64,000 nt of DNA from Mobula hypostoma (taxonomy: Eukaryota). Shown piece after piece: positions 12,460-21,169 of this stretch. A model generated the notes under the pieces. The model worked only from the letters and a program-made list of their open reading frames with translations. It was not told the origin of the DNA and did no database searches. The position numbers and the translations under genes were made by a program. The stretch's first letter is position 1. Every line of letters begins with the position of its first letter. The DNA lies in assembly GCF_963921235.1 (NCBI RefSeq), contig NC_086108.1:62498001-62562000 (forward strand), written 5' to 3'.

Positions 12460-12876
12460 ACAGTTGTGGCATCATCCAGTACCTTTCTTAATTCACTTTC
12501 AGTTGACTCTATTACAGGGGATGTGGCATACAAATGGTGGATGGATTGCCAATTAATGTGTAGTCATCTCAGACAATCATGCCACTCAACAACGCCGGCC
12601 CTCCTGTTTTTACCACATACAAGCCAAATGTGGCTTGTTGATTGTTACGTTTCACGTTTACAAATGTTATTCCCACAGGAGGTATCTTTTCTCCAGTACA
12701 AGTTCTTAGTTGGATATCTGCAGGCTTCCATTCAGTATCTTTGAAATGCCGTACAAATTCATTTTGTGGAATGACTGAAACAGCGGAGCTAGAGTCTAAA
12801 TCCATTTTAATTAATTTGCCGTTCACTTCTGATGTAAGCCATATTGCTTGCCTACTGTTAGTTTACACATTGTAAG
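12460..12876 (-). pseudogene. Gypsy aspartic protease and linker remnant
   Basis: NGKLIKMDLDSSSAVSVIP (decayed LDTG motif) and ATSPVIESTESELRKVLDDA, homologous to 20775-21168. Confidence 0.85.
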
Positions 12877-13550
12877 TCTTAATATTAGCAAAGCTCATTT
12901 CAGCTAGCTTGGTTGGAGCAGTTAAACTTTGAAGCAAACTGCATGCCTTTACATCCAATCCACTCAGCAAAATTGGCACTCACTTCCCATTGGCTATTCC
13001 ATTTAATTTTAAATACTGTCATTTTGTATACTGTACTGTATACAGTAATGGAACATGTCTATCTTTCCAATGAGGTCAGCTAATTCTACTTTTTTTTAAT
13101 GATTATTATCACCCTGCTCTCACTGTTTATGAAATCGTGTATTCTTCTATTTCCTGCCTTTTTTAAACTCGATCATGTCTCCCCTTCTGAAGCACATGTG
13201 TTGTGCTGCTTTTCCTTACTCAACCATTTCCTTGCACTTCTTTTAAAAACTTGTACCTCTTGCTGTGCTTCATCAGGTAGGTGGTATTCCTGGGTTCATT
13301 TTAAAAATACCTCACTTGCATTATTATGTTTTGTGACTCCAAAACATTAAACTAATTGAATGGAAATCAAAGGAGTCCAAAATGTGAGTCTAACTTCATT
13401 TTTTTTTACTTTAAATGAGGTGCGAAAATTTACAGGGTAGTGTCATTTTGTACGCAATTCACTTACTTTTGCATATAACCCAAAATGAATTATTTAAATA
13501 AACAAGAATGCTTAATCAAACAATGTATTTGCAGTATTACTCAAATATTA

Positions 13551-14235
13551 AAATAAGGAGGAGGAGAAGATGGCGGCGTGACGCAGCTTGCCCGGCCACT
13601 CCTGTGAATGATATCTGTAATCTGTCAAGTAGGGTGCCGTGCACAGTCCTGATTTGATGGAGACAGACGTGAGAGAATGGAGGAACATCTGGAGAAACTT
13701 CTGAAATGCCTTTTTCGCTGCCGCTGTTACTGTGTGATCCAGAATCTCCGGAGGGGAAGGCCCCGAGTCCTTGGCTTTGCTTGTTGCTCTGCGGTCGGGA
13801 CAGAGTTGAAGTGCTCAGCAGAGATGGTGCTTGGTGTCGAAGGGCTGGTTGGAGGCTCAAAGTTTTCGGACGGACACAGTGTCGGCTGTGGTCGGGTGCT
13901 TCCAGTGCATCAACAGTTGTCTGTGCCTAGAGGTTTATGGCAGGGAGAGTTTCTCCCTTCTGCCACCTGCTATCGGGGACTATCAGGAATTGATCGGACT
14001 TTGAGACTTTTTTTTACCGTTCCCATGGTCTGCTCTTTATCAAATTATGGTATTATTTTGCACTGCTGTAACTATATGTTATAATTATGTGACTCGTCAG
14101 TGTTAGTCTTTGGTTTGTCCTGTTTTTTTTTGTGATATCACTCTGGAGGAACATTGTATCATTGCTCCATGCATGCATTTCTGAATGACAATAAATGAGG
14201 ACTGAGTGCCCTCATAATCTAACCTAATCTAATCT
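13551..14235 (+). mobile_element. Non-autonomous LINE-derived element (GC-rich 5' end, (TAATC)n tail, no RT)
   Basis: Begins gaggagaagatggcggcg and ends gacaataaa...ctaatctaatct. Apparent TSD aatatta at 13544-13550 and 14236-14242. Confidence 0.65.
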
Positions 14236-14251
14236 AATATTACTGAAATAT

Positions 14252-14551
14252 ATATATTTTTTAATATAATTTTTATTGAGTTTTCAAAAAGAATACATGA
14301 AAAGATAATATCTACCCTCCCTCCTCCCCTTAACCCTCCCCTCCCCATATAAAGTCCTACCTAAAAAAGAAAAGAAGAAAAAAAAGAAGAGCCACCTGGG
14401 TATTGGAAGGTTTCCACATGCTCCATGGAATTCAAAATAAATTTGGTATACTTATTCGTTACTTTCCCCAAGGGACCAAGATCTTTATCAGAGCACTTAA
14501 ATATGCCATCCTATCTTTTGTAAATAAGGGCGCCAAATATTCAAAAATGTT
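14252..14551 (-). mobile_element. L1/Tx1-clade LINE 3' end with 15-bp TSD
   Basis: TSD atattactgaaatat at 14237-14251 and 14552-14566. Minus strand encodes FLNIWRPYL (resembles an L1 ORF2 C-terminus), then a G-rich UTR, aataaa and an A-rich tail. Confidence 0.7.
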
Positions 14552-15809
14552 ATATTACTGAAATATTAAATACACAACACATGTACCCTCCATATAATAC
14601 TAGATATAATGATGCATCACTAAACTTGTTAACAAAACATATACCTTGTTTAATTCACTCTTTTCCACCTCACTGTCAGCATAGGCAAAGGTCAGGCAGG
14701 CATTTACATTCAATATACAGCGTTTCCCTTTTAAAATGAATTGCAAATTCATATTACAAATAGATTTAGTATCTCCTGAGTCTCTTAGATTTTCTGAAAG
14801 GAATTTTCATTGTTGACATTTGATTCTCAACCTCTCTAACATTATTCTGTTCCAATGGCAAGAGAGTATGTTATAGTGGTATGCAAGCAGGATGGACTAT
14901 CCCAGAAAGTCTACAGCTTTGAGATCAGACCCAAAGAAAGCTCAATGCAATTAGTAAAACATAGGCAGGGAATGGTCCTCATTGTTAAAAAAACTGTTGT
15001 CCCTCATGTGATGAATCGGTTCTCCTCCATGCTGAACAACATCTAAAAGAAAGTTATAAAAATTACTCAGGGAAGGGATTTCAATATCCCATCATTGAGT
15101 AGATTGCTTGAGTTGAAATCCTAAAGGACATGACTGCCAGAAAGAATTTTAAGAACACACAAGTTATGAAGGAGCAGGAGCAGGACACACGGCAGCATCA
15201 GAATCATACCGTGCTGTTTAAAATGGCTCTCTCCATGGCTTGAGATATAATTCCATTTTTGCTTCCCTTTCACTCTTTCCTCAAGATTTGACAGAAATAA
15301 ACTGAGTTGTTTTCTGAGTGATCTAAGCATTAATAAGTCAGCAGGACAATAATCCTTTGTGGAATATGCCAGCAAAAATATTTGTTAATTGAGATGCCTT
15401 CATTTTCATTTATATCAATACTTTGTAAACTTGCTTTCCATACTGTTGTTTTAGGAAGGAAACCCCATTGGTAAATAATTCATGTTACAGGAGTTTCTTT
15501 GGTCAACTACCTTTTTTCAGATTGCATAGAATCCTTTTACCATGATAGTTAAAGCACTTTGCCATTTTGAAATGACATGAAATTGATTCAAATTGGCCAT
15601 TACATTTAGACCAGCAATTCGTGCCAGTCCCTCCATTTATTTCATATTCTGTTATAATTATCCTCTCTTGTACTCCACTCCATTCTCATACTAGTGTCAC
15701 AAACTAACCTTTCACTGATTGAATTTCTCTGCCATTCTGGATAACATTTCCACAGGCATTTTAAATGTAAGATTTAATAATCTCATCTGAATATAGATCT
15801 GTAGCATCT

Positions 15810-16265
15810 TATAGCATAGAAATAAGCCCTTCAGACCAACTTATGCTTGTTGGCTGTGTTTCCCAGTGAGCTCGTCCTATTTGCTCATGTTTAGCCCATG
15901 GCACTTTCAACTTCTCCTATACATGTATTTATCCAGATGGCTTTTAAACATTGCTAAAGTGCCTGCCTTGCCCACTGTTTCTGACAGTTCGTTCCAAATA
16001 CGCACCACCCTTTGAATGAAGAAGCTGGCTCTGATTGTCTTTTTAAACCCCCCGCCTCCGATTTTAAGTTTATACCCTCTTGATTTCAGCACCTCCTCCC
16101 AGTGAAAAAGAATATGTGCTTTTACCATGTCTATGTCTATCATAATCTTATATACCTCTATCAGGTCACTTAGCAGTCTCTTACGTTCCAGGGAATTAAG
16201 TCCTGGTCAATGCAACCTTTCTTTGTAACTCGAGTCCCCAAGTCCAGAGAACATCCTGGTCAATG
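15810..16265 (-). mobile_element. Old CR1 3' fragment
   Basis: ORF 15907..16143 SRGYKLKI...FFIQRVVRIWNEL...FKSHLDKYM. Confidence 0.85.
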
Positions 16266-16654
16266 TGATTGATGATTACTTCACTGAAAAGAAATGTCAT
16301 GTAGGATCCGTTCAAGGAAAGTGCCAAAGCTATTGTGGCAAGATGTGTCTTTAAATGAAACTACACTCAAAGACAGCCTCGCTTGACTCACAGTTCCTAG
16401 TTCTTAATATGTAGCTCACCATAACTTATGAGGGTTTTGAATTACGGTGATCCTGTAACTTTTGCACAAAATTGCTAAACACTGTTTCTTTTTATTTGCT
16501 AATATAATATACCTTTATGAAGAGAGTAGTTAATGGACAATAGTTTTCATGTGCTACATTGTTTTGTGCAGGCTCATTCTCACTAGGACCTTCAATTTCC
16601 ACAAAAAAAACATTTACATGGAATCTGAACAAAAACTAAGAAGCTTCGGGAAAC

Positions 16655-16845
16655 ATGGTTGCGTAACTGTTAACATAACGCTGTTACAGCAACAGTGACC
16701 TGGGTTCCATTTTTGGTGCCGTCTGTAAGGATTTTCGATGTTCTCCCTGTGACTGTGTGGGTTTCCTCCCACATTCCAAAGATGTATGGGTTGGTAGAAG
16801 GACCATGCTGTATCTCTAAATAAATGAAATAAAATTATTTTATTT
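16655..16845 (+). mobile_element. V-SINE-like element (degraded)
   Basis: gacctgggttccattt (B-box remnant) followed by ctgtaagga..tgttctccctgtgactgtgtgggtttcctcccacattccaaaga (V-domain-like). Confidence 0.7.
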
Positions 16846-18083
16846 AAACATGCAGATATATATTTCAGTGCTTCATGTATGACAGCTTGAGCCATTTTGT
16901 TTTCCTTGTCTTGGTGCTTTTCCTGCCATGACGTTTGATGTCATACCAAAATATACAGGCTTTCCTATCATTTTTGTGCTCTCTTATCTTAAAGATCTTT
17001 CCTTCGATGCATTAAAATAATCAGTACACCTTTCTCAATGTCATTCCCATGTTGTTGAATCTATCAGAATCTTTGATATCCCAATTGTTGTGTATTTAAC
17101 ATTTCAGTAATTTTTGAGTAACATTGTAAATATATTGACCGATTAGGATTTCTTTGTTTGCTTAAATAATTCATTATGGATTATATGTGAAAGTATGTGA
17201 ATGGCTTATGTCATCACGTCACCATATCATAAGCATGTGCCTCACTAAAGTTAAAAACAAAACTAAATGTACATTAATTATCATCACCTCCATATTTTCT
17301 TTCAATTAGCTTTATACTTTGGAGTTACAAAATTAATAGTGGGAACAAGTAATTCTTAAAAAGAAGCATGACTCTCTTCCTGTTGAAGTGAGCCCTTGTT
17401 TTTTGTTGCAAGGGGAGAAAGACAGTTGCGCTAAAAAAGGGCAGAAAATGGACAAAATTCATGAGTTCATAAAGAATGAAAACCAGGTAAAGATAATAAT
17501 ACATGCTTGAAAAAGCAGAAATGGCTGGCTCATTGAAAAGATAGATGTGTGTAATTGTACGAAAGATAACTGGGGGATGTATACTGAGCAAATTCAGTAG
17601 TATTTTAAAACAAATGGAATGGCCAATGAAATGAGAAATGAGTGTCAGTGTTGCTGAGTATAATAGGTGGAAAAGCATTCAGTTTGCTTAGAGGTTTGAC
17701 TGTTCCAACCAAACCACCTGAAATGAGCTTTGCTGATATCATGCAAGTCATGCAGGAACATTTAGAAGTGAAAAATTTGTTGATTGTGGAATACTTTAGG
17801 TTCCATAAGTGGAATCCATTTCAGCATATATGGCTGATTGAAAAGATGTCTGAGCATTACCAGTTCAGTGATAGGCTTAATGATGCACTGAGAGATCATT
17901 TAGTTTCTTGACACTTACAAAAAAGCTTTCAGAAACAGCTCCAAACTGAAGCACAAGTCACATTTAAAAGAACAGTTGAAATTGCTGACAACAGGAATTC
18001 TGCAGATGCTGGAAATTCAAACAACACACATCAAAGTTGCTGGTGAACGCAACAGGCCAGGCAGCATATCTAGGAAGAGGTGC

Positions 18084-18119
18084 AGTTGACGTTTCAGGCC
18101 GAGACCCTTCGTCAGGACT
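18084..18119 (-). ncRNA. Minimal hammerhead ribozyme-like motif (stem I mismatch)
   Basis: Minus strand: AGTC CTGACGA AGGGTCTCGGCCT GAAA CGTC AACT. Confidence 0.55.
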
Positions 18120-18132
18120 AACTGAAGGAAGA

Positions 18133-19923
18133 AGCATAGAAGCATAGAAAATAGGTGCAGGAGTAGGCCATTCGGCCCTTCGAGCCTGCACCGCCATTTA
18201 TTATGATCATGGCTGATCATCCAACTCAGAAACCCGCCCCAGCCTTCCCTCCATACCCCCTGACCCCCATAGCCACAAGGGCCATATCTAACTCCCTCTT
18301 AAACATAGCCAATGAACTGGCCTCAACAGTTTGCTGTGGCAGAGAATTCCACAGATTCACCACTCTCTGTGTGAAGAAGTTTTTCCTAATCTCGGTCCTA
18401 AAAGGCTTCCCCTCTATCCTCAAACTGTGACCCCTCGTTCTGGACTTCCCCAACATCGGGAACAATCTTCCTGCATCTAGCCTGTCCAATCCCTTTAGGA
18501 TCTTATACGTTTCAATCAGATCCCCCCTCAATCTTCTAAATTCCAACGAGTACAAGCCCAGTTCATCCAGTCTTTCTTCATATGAAAGTCCTGCCATCCC
18601 AGGAATCAATCTGGTGAACCTTCTTTGTACTCCCTCTATGGCAAAGATGTCTTTCCTCAGATTAGGGGACCAAAACTGCACACAATACTCCAGGTGTGGT
18701 CTCACCAAGGCCTTGTACAACTGCAGTAGTACCTCCCTGCTCCTGTACTCGAATCCTCTCGCTATAAATGCCAGCATACCATTCGCCTTTTTCACCGCCT
18801 GCTGTACCTGCATGCCCACTTTCAATGACTGGTGTATAATGACACCCAGGTCTCGTTGCACCTCCCCTTTTCCTAATCGGCCACCATTCAGATAATAATC
18901 TGTTTTCCTATTTTTGCCACCAAAGTGGATAACTTCACATTTATCCACATTAAATTGCATCTGCCATGAGTTTGCCCACTCACCCAACCTATCCAAGTCA
19001 CCCTGCATCCTCTTATCATCCTCCTCACTGCTAACACTGCCACCCAGCTTCGTGTCATCCGCAAACTTGGAGATGCTGCATTTAATTCCCTCATCCAAGT
19101 CATTAATATATATTGTAAACAACTGGGGTCCCAACACTGAGCCTTGCGGTACCCCACTAGTCACCGCCTGCCATTCTGAAAAGGTCCCGTTTATTCCCAC
19201 TCTTTGCTTCCTGTCTGCTAACCAATTCTCCACCCACACCAATACCTTACCCCCAATACCGTGTGCTTTAAGTTTGCACACTAATCTCCTGTGTGGGACC
19301 TTGTCAAAAGGCTTTTGAAAATCCAAATATACCACATCCACTGGTTCTCCCCTATCCACTCTACTAGTTACATCCTCAAAAAATTCTATGAGATTCGTCA
19401 GACATGATTTTCCTTTCACAAATCCATGCTGACTTTGTCCGATCATTTCACTGCTTTCCAAATGTGCTGTTATCACATCCTTGATAACTGACTCCAGCAG
19501 TTTCCCCACCACCGACGTTAGGCTAACCGGTCTATAATTCTCTGGTTTCTCTCTCCCTCCTTTTTTAAAAAGTGGGGTTACATTAGCCACCCTCCAATCC
19601 TCAGGAACTAGTCCAGAATCTAACGAGTTTTGAAAAATTATCACTAATGCATCCACTATTTCTTGGGCTACTTCCTTAAGCACTCTAGGATGCAGACCAT
19701 CTGGCCCTGGGGATTTATCTGCCTTCAATCCCTTCAATTTACCTAACACCACTTCCCTACTAACATGTATTTCACTCACTTCCTCCATCTCACTGGACCC
19801 TCTGTCCCTTACTATTTCTGGAAGATTATTTATGTCCTCCTTAGTGAAGACAGAACCAAAGTAATTATTCAATTGGTCTGCCATGTCCTTGTTCCCCATA
19901 ATCAATTCACCTGTTTCTGTCTG
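18133..19923 (-). mobile_element. Young 5'-truncated CR1 LINE with uninterrupted RT frame
   Basis: [10 protein letters not shown]...[11 protein letters not shown]...SKFADDTK...RPHLEYCVQFWSP to stop at 18226. (TTCTATGC)2 tail. Near-identical to 50280-52057. Confidence 0.97.
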
Positions 19924-20283
19924 AAGAGTGAGTAAGGGATTTGAAAGTTGGAGGGAGAGGGGGAGATCCAAAATGATAGGAGAAGACAGGAGGGGGAGGG
20001 ATGGAGGCAAGAGCTGGACAGGTGATAGGCAAAAGGGATACAAGAGGATCATGAGACAGGAGGTCCGGGAAGAAAGACAAGGAGCGGGGGAGACCCACCC
20101 CTTGCCCATCCTCTGGGTCCCCTCCCCCTGTCTTTCTTCCCGGACCTCCTGTCCCATGATCCTCTCGTATCCCTTTTGCCAATCACCTGTCCAGCTCTTG
20201 GCTCCATCCCTCCCCCTCCTATCATTTCGGATCTCCCCCTCCCCCTTCAACTTTCAAATCCCTTACTAGCTCTTCCTTCAGTT

Positions 20284-20319
20284 AGTCCTGACGAAGGGTC
20301 TCGGCCTGAAACGTCGACT
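20284..20319 (+). ncRNA. Minimal type I hammerhead ribozyme motif
   Basis: AGTC-CTGACGA-AGG(gtctcgg)CCT-GAAA-CG-TC|GACT. Stem I AGTC/GACT, CUGANGA and GAAA cores, palindromic ACGU stem III, predicted GUC cleavage after 20315. Confidence 0.7.
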
Positions 20320-21169
20320 GCACCTCTTCCTAGAGATGCTGCCTGGCCTGCTGCGTTCACCAGTAACTTTGATGTGAGTTGAAATTGCTGTATCAATGGA
20401 AAAAGCAGTTGGAGATGCAATTGAGTTGTAGGCAGGAATGAAAGTGAGGATGAACAAAATTACAGAACAGAAACTGGCCTGGCTGAAAAAACTCTGTTAC
20501 CATTGTGGCAGGAGTTCATACACACCAGAATGCAGGTTTAAAGACAAAACATGCAGAGACTGCAACAAAGGAGGACACATACAAAGAGCATGTCAGGCAG
20601 ACAAATATAAATGCATGGCACAAGGAAGAAATAAAGTTAAAAAATCAAGTTGCAGTTTCAAAAAGGGCACTAATCTGCATGCTGTTGATGAAAAATGGTG
20701 AAATAGGACTGGGTAGCATTGAGGTTTACAATGTGAAAAGTAATAATAGATAAGCAATATGGTATGCATCACAAGTGAACAGCAAGTTAATTAAAATGGA
20801 ATTGGACACTGGCTTGACTGTTTTGATCATTTCACAAAATGAGCGTAAGCACCATTTCAAGGATATTGAACCAAAAGCCTGCAGATCTCCAACCAAGAAA
20901 TTATACTGGAGAAAAGATAACTCCTGTGGAAACAACATCTATACCAGTGACATAGAACAACCAACAAGCCACATTGGGTTTGTATGTGATAAAAACAGCA
21001 GGGCCAGCATTGTGGGGCCGTAATTGGTTGACACAATTACAACTTGATTGGAAAATCATCCACTATTTGCATGCCACATCCCCTGAAATAGAGTCAACTG
21101 AAAGTGAATTGAGAAAGGTACTAGATGATGTCACTGCAGTGTTCAAGGATGGCATTGGAAAACTCTAAC

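Larger units (their letters stand above)
10986..14579 (-). mobile_element. Non-autonomous Gypsy LTR retrotransposon carrying a captured RBM25 fragment
   Basis: Two homologous LTRs (10986-11202 and 13322-14579, the latter interrupted twice), both starting TGTTGTGTA on minus. PPT gggaggag at 11203-11210. Gag start remnant ~13090-12880 and protease remnant 12460-12876 match the copy at 17086-21168. No clean TSD seen. Confidence 0.85.
13322..14579 (-). repeat. 5' LTR, interrupted by two insertions
   Basis: LTR sequence at 13322-13550 resumes at 14236-14251 and 14552-14579, ending tacacaaca. Confidence 0.8.
17988..20376. mobile_element. Inverted-repeat (Penelope-like pLTR) insertion with 14-bp TSD, itself interrupted by a CR1
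   Basis: TSD agttgaaattgctg at 17974-17987 and 20377-20390. Left arm (17988-18132 plus 19924-20085) is the reverse complement of the right arm (~20120-20376). Confidence 0.75.
17086..21168 (+). mobile_element. Second copy of the same Gypsy family: 5' LTR, gag, protease; 3'-truncated and interrupted at 17988-20376
   Basis: LTR 17086-~17338 starting TGTTGTGTA. Gag from ~17521 (LLSIIGGKAFSLLRGL). Zinc knuckles CYHCG...CRDCNKGGHIQRAC (20438-20701). Protease MELDTG (20775). Ends FKDGIGKL where a hAT element starts. Confidence 0.9.

Noticed and set aside
10981..14584. Target-site duplication for the RBM25-carrying element
   Set aside because: Flanks catcc and catgt match at only 3 of 5 positions, so no TSD is claimed. 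It remains possible that the two LTRs come from recombined copies.
18226..20250. 674-aa ORF as a novel RT protein with a unique N-terminus
   Set aside because: The first ~110 residues are chance read-through of the low-complexity palindromic arm. CR1 similarity starts at QTETGEL (~19923), the 5' truncation point.
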